Source: Takakia lepidozioides (lineage: Eukaryota > Plantae > Bryophyta). Taken from it: DNA of 64,000 nt. How positions within the stretch are numbered: the first letter of the stretch is position 1; each line of letters starts with the position of its first letter. The stretch spans positions 75,702,001-75,766,000 of the forward strand of contig CM060732.1 of the NCBI GenBank assembly GCA_030704615.1. Direction: 5' to 3'. Below, piece after piece: positions 12,901-32,541 of the stretch. The translations under genes and the position numbers were made by a program. The notes beneath the pieces were generated by a model. It worked only from the letters and a program-made list of their open reading frames with translations. It was not told where the DNA came from and searched no databases.

Positions 12901-13555
12901 TGTGAAAACTAACATGGTGCAGCTCAGCAGACATAGTTTTAAATACAGCCTCCTATGATCATGCCAACCTCCCAAGTGACGTATAAACACCTGGAAAAAT
13001 CCTTGGGCAATGAATTTGCATGGCCTGCTTAGCTATGACACCAAAAGGAAGAACAACTTTTGCAGAATAGAAAACTCCTTCATATCGTACATAAACAAAG
13101 CCGCACCTTGCCATCGCAGATGGTCGCGCCATTGTGAAGGATCTCTAAAGAACACTCGCATGCGCTGTTCCATGCTCCATGGTTGACCTTCATGCCAAGA
13201 GCATGAAAACTTTGACATGTTCCATTGTGCAGGAGTGCTAGTGTAGCTGTCAGCAACATACATGACAGTCACTCCGGGTTCTATCTGAACTTGAAACATT
13301 ACCAAAATTATAGATGCTAAACAAGCTTGTTCATGACAAGGCTGTCCTCTAATGAGCGTCATTGCGAGTCTTACTTTCATCGTCAAGCCTCAATGGAGCT
13401 CCGGCATCCACATCAGGATCAGACCCGGACTCTGATACATTTCCATCATCACCAGTGGCAATTCCCTTTTGGCTGCAATAGTACAGTGATGTTTGTACAC
13501 CTTCCTCTGAAGAATCTTCTACCTGCCCATTTGTTTTAACATAGCGCCTCAACAT
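9950..13555 (-). CDS. PLS-class PPR protein with E1-E2-DYW cytidine deaminase domain and N-terminal OSB-type PDF motif(s); organellar C-to-U editing factor
   Basis: Last exon 12265-9950: 14 PLS repeats, E1/E2, PG box (PGQSYIEV), HSEKLA, CGDC, terminal DYW. Upstream GT-AG exon 12631-12540 (GKYPK..VWKEYSSNPSQWWDHRGRK) splices in frame to VNPRGPDLRHKSTNEPLWID. Further putative exons 13555-13375, 13187-13107 and 12899-12779 are less certain. Confidence 0.9.
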
Positions 13556-13756
13556 TCCACACAGGCCAATAATGTGCCCGCATGACTGTCTCTTGAATGA
13601 TGGAACGGTGAGGAATTAGGTTGGCATAGAGATAAAATCCGCATACGAGCTCAGGAGAACTCCGGAGCAAGCTGCCATCCACACCAGTGAGTGGAAGAGA
13701 AGCAGAAGATAAATTGTTGTACAAGTCTCCCGGCCACTCCGAACTGATGTAAGAAA

Positions 13757-16700
13757 ATGATTGCACGACCAGGCTTCTCATCCAACTTGTTGCTAGGCCT
13801 CACAACTGTGCAGAAGAATCAGGGGCTGGGTTGTGGAGCTGAAGGCGGTATTCTCCTTGCCAATGCCCCATGTATGGGGTGCCTTACAAGTGGTGGTGAT
13901 GGCGCCTCCCATGACTTCAGGATGCCAATGAGACACTTTGCGATTTCTTGTTTTGGGGGTCGCTGTGTTACATGCATTGGAGGATCCAGGCTTGGAATTG
14001 TCTTTGACCTATCCAGCAGAAACTAATCTAAGCTTTTCCAAGAAGCAAAGGGCAGTCAGACAAGGGCTTTGATGGACACCCTTGTCGTCTTGAAGGCTTT
14101 GGTATGTCTTTCCGTAGGTCGATGCCGGAGCATGCAACGGCGCTTGTAGGAGTTCTTTAGAGATCCGTTACAATGGTACGACTACAGCTTTGACAAGGTA
14201 AGCTTCATTATCTAGAATGTGAAGGCGTCTGAGGCAGTTTGAGTAACGCTGCCAATTTGTGCTGAATTGTACCCCTGGTTGTTGAGTTGAGTTAGAATAT
14301 TTTTTGTTCTGCAACCTTACTGTCAGTATGTGAGTGTTGTAGGTCGTTCTTCCTAAGCAGTGCATACGTTGGGATGCCGAAGGTTCTTTCCCTGGAGTTA
14401 GCAAGGTACTTGCGAGGGTTGATAGTTGTGGCTTTGTTGAAAATGTGACTCCTCCGCTGCACCTTGGTGGTTCTTACATACCAATTTAAAATCACCAAAC
14501 TACAGGCATAAGCAGTTTACACAAGAGGTCCTTTGGATTGAGGGTTGGTGCAATCCTCCTTGGTGAAAGAAAAGCAAATTGCCATGACAAACGGTGAAAA
14601 ATATCTGGTGGCCGTGTGAAGATAGCAGAGTGATTCTGGTACAGCTTCTTTGAGGCTTGAAGATGAAAGTTAGTAGAATTTTTGGCAATGAGCTGTATTC
14701 TAGGGGCAGTCTTGTCATGCACTAGCTTGTTTAGCATATGTGTACGTTTGGGACACGTTGTTATGTTCCTCATTGTGTTAGTTTAGACAGAGACCAGAGT
14801 ACTTGCATGAATGTTCTTGAAAGCTCCACTAGCAATCCGCCTTTTCAGAACCTCTCACAGTTTTGATGCTGTTGAGTTTCTGCATGAAGGTCAATCATGG
14901 AGCATGGAACAGCACTGCCAAGAGTTCATTTGAGATCCTTCACAATGCCGGGACAACTGCCTTGGCAAGGTGCCCCTTTCTTCGTGTATGATGTGAAGGA
15001 GTTTGTCTGTTCTGCAAAAGTGGCTCTTCCTGTCAGTATCATAGGTGTTATCGCTAAGCAGGCAGTAAAGATGCATTGCCCAAGGGTTTCTCCTGGTGTT
15101 TACCAGGTACTTGGGAGGGTTGGCTTGGTCTTACGAGGCCATGTTTAAAACCATGGCCACTCAGCTGCACGTTTTCACAGACCAATCAGAGATCACCAGA
15201 CTACAGACATAAGCAGAGTGCACAAGAGGCCCTTTGGATTGAGGATTGGTTGAATCCCTTGGGTGAAAGAAAAGCTAGCTGCTTCCATGACACGAGGTCA
15301 AGCACAATGTGGTGAGGGCGCCTTCTTTTTCAATACATTTTGGCTAGTTTTGTACTTTCCCTCAGATGTGTCCCTGCTTGTTGCTAATGAGTTCTATAAT
15401 TTAGCTCATCAGGTGGATCTCTGGTGGTTACAACTATTTTGGCATGTGACACGGATGGGTTGCAGGTAAATATCCGAAAATCAGAAACAGAGATGAGGAA
15501 AAGCTTTGGAAAGAATATTTTTCAAAGTCAATGGTGGGACAATGGAGGCAGAAAGGTGAACAGCTGTTATGTTGTAGTAGATGCAGACAACAAGATGCAT
15601 TGCAAATTTTTCCCCCAACTCATGTCAGCAGTTCAGCACAGGGACTACTGTGTGGTCGGTAGGGTTACATTGTTAGCTAGATAATCTTAGGTTGTCATTG
15701 TCAGGTAGCAGCATGGGGGAGGATCCTTGCGGGTTGTTGTCGAGGCATGGAAATCTGAAGGAGGCAGGTATGGTGTGGTTCAGATCCATCCAAGAGGGCC
15801 GGATTTCAAGCATAAGAATCCCAATGAGCCATTAAGGATTGAGAACTACAAGACACCTGCATTTGTAGATGGTCAACTGGAAGCAGCAGCAGCAACACAA
15901 GTAGTACACTCAGGCACCTCCACCGTGACAACTGATCCCAAACAAGGACCAAGACACAAGATCTCTTCTGGCACTTGTGGATATGTGAGGATGCTATGTG
16001 AGGCAGGACGACTGAAAGATGCTCTGCACATTTTGAACCAAAGAGATACTTCAGCAGATTCCGATACCTATGTCTGTCTCTTGCGTAAATGCATCAAAAT
16101 GAAAGGCCTAGCAGCAGGAAAGCAGGTGCATGCCCACATTATCCAAAGTGGATTCAAGCCCAACATGTTTCTACACAACACCCTTGTTAACATGTATGTC
16201 AAATGCGGGAGCATCATGGATGCACACAGAGTATTTGATAAAATGTCTGGACGAGGTGTGATCACGTGGAATATAATGATGGCAGGGTACACCAAACATG
16301 GATGTGGTAGGGATGCCTTGGAGACCTATGAGCGGATGATATGGGAAGGGGTGACCCCGAATCAGGTCACCTTTGTTTGTGTTCTGAAGGCCTGTGCCAG
16401 CCTTGCCGCCCTGGAAAAGGGCAAACAGGTCCATGCTGCCATCATGAAAGCTGGGATTGTGCCAAATATAATGTTGGACACTACCCTCTTGGACATGTAT
16501 GCCAAATGTGGGAGCATCAAGGATGCAAAGGGAGTATTTGACAGTATGGCTGAACAAAATGTGGTGTCATGGAGTGCGATGATCGCAGGATATGCACAGC
16601 ATGGGTGCGGGACTGAGGCTTTGGAGACATATGAGCAAATGGTGCGGGAAGGGGTCACACCCAACCACATTACATTCATTTGTGTTCTCAAGGCGTGTGC

Positions 16701-18510
16701 CAGCTTGGCAGCCCTGGAAAGGGGCAAAGAGATCCATGCTGACATCATGAAAATTGGAATCACACCAGATGTCATTCTGAATACAACCCTCGTGGATATG
16801 TATGCCAAGTGCGGGAGCATTGAGGATGCAAAGGTTGTGTTTGAGAATATGCCTGAACGAAGTGTGGTGTCCTGGAATGCAATGATGGCAGGATATGCCC
16901 AGCATGGGTGGGGGATGGAGGCTTTGGAGGCCTATGAGCAAATGATGTGCGAAGGTTTGAAGCCTGACCAGGTCACGTTCGTCTGTGTTTGCAATGTGTG
17001 TGCAAGCATGGCAGCCCTGGAAAAGGGCAGAGAGATTCATACTGACATGATGGAAGCTGGAACAATACCGGATGTTGTGTTGAATAACACCCTTGTGGAT
17101 ATGTATGCCAAATGCGGGAGCATAAGGGATGCAAAGGGAGTGTTTGACAATATGGCTGAACGAAATGTGGTGTCATGGAATGTGATGATCGCAGGGTATG
17201 GCCAGCATGGATGCGGAATGGAGGCATTAGAGACGTATGAGAAAATGATGGGAGAAGGGGTGGCTCCAGATCAGGTCACGTTTGTCTGTGTTTGCAATGC
17301 ATGTGCAAGCCTTGCAGCCCTGGAGAAGGGCAAAGAGGTCCATGTTGACATCATGAAAGCTGGAATTGTACCAAATATATTTCTGAACAATGCTCTTGTG
17401 GACATGTATGCCAAATGCGGGAGGATTGAGGATGCAAAAGGAGTGTTTGACAACATGGCTGAACGAAATGTGGTGTCATGGAGTGCAATGATCGCAGGAT
17501 ATGCCCAGCATGGTTGTCGTATGGAGGCCCTGCAACTATTTGAAGGAATGAAAAAGGAAGGCTTGAAGCCAAACGGTATCACCTTTGTATGTGTTCTCCA
17601 AGCATGTAGCCATGGGGGCCTAGTGGATGAAGGAAAACACTACTTTGATTCCCTGAGTCGAGATCATGGCCTCACTCCTACAGTGGAGCACTTCGGCTGC
17701 ATGGTGGACCTTCTTGGCCGTGCAGGGCAATTGCGTGAAGCTGAGGACTTGATTAAGAAAATGCCAGTACAACCAGATGCTGTGGTATGGAAAGCCTTGC
17801 TTGGTGCCTGCAGACTTCATGGGAATATAGAGGTGGCAGAACGTGCGGCAAAATCTATACTCAAGTGGGCTCAACAGTGCGCTAGAACTGATATGTTGCT
17901 ATCAGATATCAACACTTCATTATCAAACTGCCAGCCCAACTGGACAGATGATGTGGTTTGGAAAGCCTTGTTTGGTGCCTGCAGAAGTCAGGGCCATGTT
18001 GACATAGCAGAACATGCAGCAAAAGCTATTCTCAAGTTGGTTTGACAGGACACTACAACTTATTTGTTGCTACGTATCAGATATTAATCTGTCAGCTTGT
18101 AGGTGTGTTGATACTGCAAAGGTGAGAGAAATAACAAAAGTCAGAGGTGACAATTAGCAGCCAGGTCGCTGCTGCATTGCCAGCTGCACGCACTGTTGGA
18201 GATGACAAATCACATCCACAACTTGAGGAAATTATGTTGAGCTACCCGGCAGATGAAGGACGCAGGGTATGTTCCTAACACGTGATTTATATTGCTTGAT
18301 GTGGAAGAGGATCAAAAGGAATTTTCTCTTTACCGCTAAAGTGAGAAGCTGACGATTGCTGTTGGGCTGATCAGCATGTGTCCAGGGACGCCTGTTTGTG
18401 TCATCTGGAACCTCTGGGTTGGCTGACCTCAATATTGGTGGGTGAGCATGGATGCCAATGGCTTTCACCACTTCGACGGTGGGGCGTTGTTCGTGGGCAG
18501 TGCTGGTGAA
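13757..18510 (+). pseudogene. Inverted paralog: 3x PDF motif-PLS PPR-(E/DYW) gene, disrupted; PPR exon still open at 15784-18045
   Basis: PDF exon pairs at ~14117-14590, ~14890-15311 and ~15466-15880 with stops or frameshifts (EFI*DPSQ, RRL*EFFRDPLQW, 5-nt deletion before QWWDN). 17 PLS repeats; duplicated VVWKAL.GACR E1 segment; stop at 18045; frameshifted E2/DYW remnant to ~18510. Confidence 0.8.
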
Positions 18511-18639
18511 ACGATTTTCTCTTAAGGTGTGATTGTCTTGCTTCATTCATTAAAACTATGCAGCTGTTTGATCCATTTACCGTTCCCTGGGAATGTTGAC
18601 CATGATGCACAGGTAGGCATTTCCTTCATGGCATATTGG

Positions 18640-19170
18640 TATGCTAGCTGTGTGGCTGAGAAAGTTGTTCTGTGATTTAGGTCAAAAGCAATCACTTCCT
18701 ACAACTGTGTATTGTGACAGCCAAAGTATGGTTGCATTGAGTGTAAATCCGAAATATCACTCAAAAGACGAAGCACATGGAGGTGCAACATCACTATATA
18801 AGAGAAGTGCTGGCAAAGGGAGAGATCGAGGTTTCATACTGCTTTATTGAAGACATGATAGCAGATGTTTTAACTAAGAGCCTCAAGCAAGTGAAGTGTG
18901 CTATTAGTTTTGGCAACAGGTCGAAGGACAAGCAAAGGACCAACATTGTTGAAGGAGGTGTAGAAATGTAGTTAACTGGGAGTGTAGAAATGTAGTTAGT
19001 TATTGCTCACTACTCACCATTCATGTATAGTAGTTAGTGACACTTCACATCCTCTTGCTTTTGACATATTTAAAGACAACTGTAAAGATGAGCTTTGGGG
19101 AGGAGCTGTACACTGTGAATAGAGTGGCTTCTATTCTATTGTAAGAGAACTCCAACATTTCAACTTTAAT
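18640..19170 (+). mobile_element. Ty1/copia RNase H remnant with probable adjoining LTR fragment
   Basis: WLRKLFCDLG..PTTVYCDSQS..ALSVNPKYH / HMEVQHHYIRE..EDMIADVLTKSL, frameshifted. Confidence 0.8.
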
Positions 19171-19849
19171 ATGTGAATCTATTCCCAAGATCAATGATCC
19201 TCTTGACTGAACCCATTTTGAGAAAAAGAAGGCACAAACACAGGAGACTGCAGGCGCAAAGGACTGAAATCAAAGAGGGAGAGATCAGCAGTAGAAGGTT
19301 TGGAGAACAGATTGAACATCAACCCCAACTCCATCAGTTTCGGAAAATCCCAGCAAGAATCCATCTACCTTCATCCTGGTGCTCTTTTCAACTAATCTTA
19401 AGCTTCATTGCGCCGCTAGCTCTTAGTGGAACTAATGACGGCTCCAGGGTTCTAATTAAGACAGCAAGAGACATCCAGCCGCCTTCAGTTCTCCCTTCCA
19501 TCCACTGCCTTCGCCAAGCCCCACAGTGTTTCCTCCCGAGCGTGGCTCCACTGGAAAACTAGCTTGCTGTAACCTCCAGAGCTGCCTCGTGATTCTCTGA
19601 AATCTCTAGGTGTCAAGTGCTTTAACAGCTTCCATGGGTCCTAATTACCAAAGCAGAAGCTCGAGGGGCATTCCGAGGAGCCACAACAGTAGACCCATCC
19701 TTCAAGCGCCTCTGACTACAAGGCCAATGGGTCTATCGGGAGACGCATTCTTCTTGGCCCACCAGGCACTAGCCATTGGCAGAATGGACAACAAGGCAAT
19801 TGCTGCAGCTTCTTCGGTGGTCACACAGATCAGCCCCAAGCGCTCTCGG

Positions 19850-20150
19850 CCTGTGGATGCACCTGGGACGAGCAAGGGTAAACAACTGTGGACCTTTCAA
19901 GATTATCAAAAAGATTGGCAAAGTCGCCTACAAGCTGGAACTGCCTGTTAGGTGGAAGATACATGATGTATTTCATGTGAGCCTCTTAAGGAAATATGTT
20001 TCAGATCCCAGCCATATTCTCCCAGACTTGCCGAAAGTCACAACCGAAGGAGAAAATCGTGGCAGAACCAGAAGAGATTCTTAAGGTAGAGATGAAAACC
20101 TTGAGATCTCGTTCTTGGAATGAATTCTTGATCAAGACCAAAAGCAAGAA
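19850..20150 (+). mobile_element. Ty3/gypsy integrase C-terminal / chromodomain-like fragment
   Basis: [36 protein letters not shown], then frameshift to [24 protein letters not shown]. Confidence 0.8.
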
Positions 20151-20790
20151 TGATGATGTTGAGAAGTGTACAAGACGGCCATGGTGAATAGTGTCTACGA
20201 ACAGGGAAGAGAGAGATAATACAGAAAATGATGCATGGTGTGGCGGTTGGGAGGAGTGGTTGTGTTCCAGTACCATGTACAATTCTAGGATTGGGTGCTA
20301 GTTCCTGTTGAGTCAAGAATTATTGTGACTTGAAGGATCTGTACATAAAGCAGGTGGTGGTGTTTGGCCATTCAGTGGAATAAGACAAGAGGAATGTAAG
20401 AACTTCCAGATAGAGGTCAGCCCCATACGCTCCCGACCTCTGGTCTCCAGAGCGAGGATGAGGATGAAACTACAATCTCGGAAGAGGGTGACCCACACGA
20501 CTGCCAAGCCGAAATGGAAGAGGCGGCTCTCTCTATTCAAATCGATTTTGATTCTCTGCAGAGCACAGTGTGTGGGAATTCGACAGAGAATAGAGATAAA
20601 AGATGAACTGATTACTGAGAACTCTCCACCCAACCATAGGACCACAACAAGCTGTGTCCACCCTCCGAGCTCTCCCTATTTATACTCAAAGTCTAATCCA
20701 GAAATAGCTGAGATAACTATAGCATAACTCCATGCTTTTACTTAAGTTATCTCCACCTGCTATTCTGGTACAATGACTTGAGTCACTAAT

Positions 20791-21869
20791 AGTGCTGTGG
20801 GAAGTCTTTGTATGCAATGGTCTGTACTAGGCCAGATATTGCACAAGCAGTGGGGGTTGTAAGCCAATATATGGCTAACCCTGGGCAACTCCATTGGGTT
20901 GCAGTAAAGCGGATTTTCCGTTATATGAGAGGCACAACTATGGTTTGTGCTTGAGAAAGAACAATGATAATGTTCAATTGGATCAAGTGGGTTCATATGG
21001 TATCTCAGATAGTGCTTGCAAAAGCACAGAGCTATACGGCTATTGTGATGCAGATTGGGCTGGTAATATTGATGACCGCCACTCTACATCTGGCTATGTT
21101 TTTATGCTAGCAAATGGAGCTGTAAGCTGGAGCAGCAAGAAGCAATCTACAATTGCTATGTCCTCGACTGAGGCAAAATATATGGCTGCATCTCAAGCTA
21201 TAAGGCAAGCATTATTGTTATCATCATTTCTATCTAGTATTGGTCATCCACAGAGGATACCATGGTCATATATGATGACATCCAAGGGTGTTGTTCTCTC
21301 AAAGAATCCAATGTTTCATGCTCGCACAAAGCATATTGAGATTCATCATCATTTGGTACGAGAGAAGACTGAAGCTGGAGTTGTCAAGCTTGTATATTGC
21401 AACACCAACAACATGGTTGCAGACATACTGACAAAAGGGCTTAGTGCTGAAAAGCTTGAACGCTTTCAAGGCTTGATGGGAGTAGTTAAGTGCTTAACTT
21501 GGTAACTCGTTGAGTGGGGGTGTTGGAAATCAACTCCTAACCAAGTTACTAGTACCTAGAATTACTGTGATGACAAGTCAGGCTTCCATAATAGGAGTTC
21601 TGACAAGTCACAGTTAACAATAGAGATAAGCCTCGGTTAACTAAAAGATAGCTAAAGTTAGCTTTAGTTATTAGTGACTCAAGTCATTGTACCAGAATAG
21701 CAAGTGGAGATAACTGAAGTAAAAGCATGGAGTTATGCTATAGTTATCTCAGCTATTTCTGGATTAGACTTTGAGTATAAATAGGGAGAGCTCGGAGGGT
21801 GGACAAAGCTTGTTGTGGTCCTATGGTTGGGGTGGAGAGTTCTCAGTAATCAGTCCATCTTTTATCTCT
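20791..21869 (+). mobile_element. Ty1/copia 3' fragment: RT end, RNase H, PPT and partial 3' LTR
   Basis: GYCDADWAGNIDDRHSTSGY..VSWSSKKQ..STEAKY..HARTKHIEIHHH..ADILTKGL; PPT GAGTGGGGG directly before LTR start TGTTGG at 21521. Confidence 0.9.
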
Positions 21870-22199
21870 ATTACTGAGAACTCTCCACCCCAACCATAGG
21901 ACCACAACAAGCTGTGTCCACCCTCCGAGCTCTCCCTATTTATACTCAAAGTCTAATCCAGAAATAGCTGAGATAACTATAGCATAACTCCATGCTTTTA
22001 CTTAAGTTATCTCCACCTGCTATTCTGGTGCAATGACTTGAGTCACTAATAACTAAAGTTAACTTTAGCTATCTTTTAGTTAACCGAGGCTTATCTCTAT
22101 TGTTAACTGTGACTTGTCAGAACTCCTATTATGGAAGCCTGACTTGTCATCAGAGTAACTCTAGGTAGTAGTAACTTGGTTAGGAGTTGATTTCCAACA
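21521..22199. repeat. Long inverted repeat of copia LTR sequence (330-bp arms, 19-nt spacer)
   Basis: 21521-21850 is the reverse complement of 21870-22199 with few mismatches; 20611-20790 is a direct repeat of ~21870-22050. Confidence 0.92.
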
Positions 22200-22209
22200 T
22201 AGTGGATGG

Positions 22210-23061
22210 TTGCGTGGAACGTGGGATCCTTTACACTTCCTTGGGAAAAAGCAGGAAAGATCAGATGTAAGGGATTGGGTGATCTCTCACCTGGGGGGCT
22301 CTGGTGATCTTCATCAGCACTTTTGCCGTCCAAGAGGCCGGGGCTTCTTCTCAATTATGTTTGAAACAAAAGCTGCAGCAGATAAAGCTCGTGCTTTTAA
22401 TCCTCACCTGTTGGGCCTCAACGTCAATATCTTTCCCTGGTCAGACAAGATGGGTGACAGGAATGGCAAAATTTGGGCCCCAAGGATTATCACATTATCA
22501 AACATTCCAAATCATTACTTGTACTTTCTTCCAAACATTGGGAATGCTTTTGGTGCATACCTAGGATGCCTTGCAATTTTTGACCTAGAGATGTGCTTGG
22601 ACAAACTGAGGCAACAGGAAGCATGGAAAGGTGTCACCATTGCATCAAAATTGAAGGAAAATGGATTACCAAAAATAGTCATCATGATGCCCAATGAGGA
22701 CAAAATTCCAAGCTACATCAGATTACCCATTGACAACAAGGGTGATTTCTTTTCAGTAAAACTCATGGAGGACTCTCCAGGAACATCATGCTTCAACTGT
22801 GGACAGCAAGGTCATATAAAAGCGAATTGTCCAGATGGTAAGCGAAAACGCAACTCTCCCATTAAAGTGGACAATGCCCCATTAATCGCTATCCCTCCTG
22901 CCGTGCAGGAAGAGACGGCGAAGGTGATCAATGCAGACAAGGGTCCAGCCATTTTGAAGCCAACTGCTTTTAGTATTGGCTTGGAAGAGAGGACAATGCT
23001 GAGAGAAACTATTCACCATTTGGGCCATCCCAGTATTAGTATTATTGCGGATTTTGATTAA
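22210..23061 (+). mobile_element. LINE ORF1-like (DUF4283-like plus CCHC zinc knuckle) fragment
   Basis: GRGFFSIMFET..NIFPWS..ITLSNIP..IGNAFG and CFNCGQQGHIKANC. Confidence 0.65.
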
Positions 23062-23476
23062 ATCTTGCAACATGTCAAATATAGATCATGAAAACAAGGA
23101 TTTATACTTAATATTCAGCTAGCCATTAGAGTAACCGAGAGCTCATTGTAGATTGCTCTTGTTTCCATCGGGGAAATTTTGAGTAGAACTGATCAATCAG
23201 CTACTAGAAGTAAGTCTTAACTTTTACTTCCTTAACCCTTAAGCGCACACCAGGCCCACAGAGGCCCTTGTGGGGTACTTCAGAGTCAATAACTTTTGCA
23301 GATTTTAAAGGCGTGTGTTTGAATTCTCATAACTGATGTTAATGAATCAACTTTATTAGTAAAAATGATTTCTGGTTTTGGAGGAAATGCCTCCGTGACC
23401 TCTTCGACAAGGTTTCTTGTTTCCTCATTGCCACCTCGGGAAATTTGTGCATTAAAAGTGAAGATGATCCTCCCAA

Positions 23477-23615
23477 GGGAAGCGTAAATTATGGATGCAC
23501 GTATTTGTGCATAGAGTCATTCGGAGTTGACAAGCATGTTGTGAACCGAGAAGGAAGTGTAAATTGTGGTGCATTTGTGCATAGAGTCATTCGGAGTTTA
23601 CAACATGGTGTGAAG
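23477..23615. repeat. Two-copy ~72-bp tandem repeat
   Basis: GGAAG(C/T)GTAAATT...ATTTGTGCATAGAGTCATTCGGAGTT occurs twice in tandem. Confidence 0.7.
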
Positions 23616-24006
23616 ATATTGTAAAAGGGAAGCGGGTATCAGAGACAAACAGGCAGTTATTGGGGACAAGGGAGATAAGGTAATGTTGTGGAAAAGGGTG
23701 TCAACCTTATCTACTGCATTTCTCCAGATACTACGCAACAGCTAGCTCTTTGAATTGCAACGCATGAGATTCAGTTACTAGATGTGAATAAGGATTTCAT
23801 ACCTCCTGCCAAACCCCTTACACAATCAGCAAGTAGTAGCAGCAGCAACACCTTCATCAAGCTACTGTCTCCACCATCAACGTGGAAACAGGCAGAATAG
23901 TAAATTCACATGCATTTTGATACACCTTCATTGCAACTCAACAGTTTCTTAGCTGTGCATCAATGCTACATAATGCACCTAAATTTGCAAGGTACATTGC
24001 TGAGGA

Positions 24007-31241
<7,235 letters not shown>

Positions 31242-31476
31242 TTCTTCTTCTGTCTTTCCTCTCCTTCTCTCCTTATGTTTTGGGATGTTGTTACAAGCAA
31301 GCGTAAGTGTGTTTCCTGTGGCTCCCACTCCCTGTTTGTTGATAGCGCAACAGAACCAACCCACAATTCATATCTCAAACAAAAGAAAGGAGTCAGCACT
31401 ATATGCGTCTACAAATCATACAAAGTCCTCCCGATAGACTTTGCTTGCCCTCCAAATCATGAGAGAGAACGAAATG

Positions 31477-31479
<3 letters not shown>

Positions 31480-31515
<36 letters not shown>
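31480..31515. repeat. (GA)n microsatellite
   Basis: About 17 GA units. Confidence 0.95.
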
Positions 31516-31516
<1 letters not shown>

Positions 31517-32541
31517 AGAGATTTGTCAAGTCCAAAGTCTGCGAGAGGACGAGGAGGGTCTGCATGCCGAAGCTACCTTCTTTCAGGTCTCCATGTCATC
31601 GGCCGCTACTACATTGTATCAAATGCAGGCAGAGCAACATAAATTTCCCGTTGTGTACAAAAGAATTCGTATGCAGAGAACCCAAAACTGAGTAGAGAAT
31701 AAAATTCTCCTGAAAACAAGGACACGAACCACCAAATGGCATTATTATCTCCTTACTCCCAGTGCTGTGGAATTCCCTCCCCTTCCTCTCTCCTCCACCG
31801 CCCCAACTCCTTGTATCATGATTTCCAAGGTTTTGAAGATAGCTTCATTGTGCAGATTCTTGAGGACCAGAGGTAGACGTCAAATAGCTGCCTGATTAGG
31901 CATAAACCATTGCACCTTACGAGAGGTGGTAGGGTTTAGGCATACGTCACGTACCGTTCCCATCCGAGACGAGTTGAAGAGTTCCAGTCTTGCAACATGA
32001 ATCGGGGAAACCGTGAAAGGGAAAGGAGAATCAAAAGTGTGGGGGCAAACAACTAGTCTGCAATGTCCCTTGACATATTTATTGTTGCTTCTGTCTCCAG
32101 TACCGCGCTGCAATAGGCACGTCGACAAGATCATAATCTAAGATATTCTCGGAAAATCTCGGCATTTGGTGGTGTTGACATGACAAGTGGCAGATGCTTT
32201 GCCACCTCCAGTCAGCAATCCAAATGGCATCTTCGTCACTCTACTCTGTGGGCCATGTGGTTGACCTCAATGTTGACCATATTGTAAATGTCTGATGATG
32301 AATCCACCTTGCAGCTACAAATCTTGTGGAGCTTGTGAAAACCGAGGAATTGCAGCAGGTCCGTGCTGTACTTACACATGGAAAAGCTCGCCCTGCGATA
32401 TTCACCATCCCAAGTTCGATGTGTTTGAGGCGACATATACCTGTCCGAGTAGGCACGAGACTTTCTAAGCAAAATAAAATTCAAGAAGGTCCGAGAGAGG
32501 CTGGCAAATGAATTAATATTGAGGAAAACATAACTTGCCAG

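Noticed and set aside
10002-17874. Many antisense ORFs over the PPR genes
   Set aside because: Shadow frames of repetitive coding sequence.
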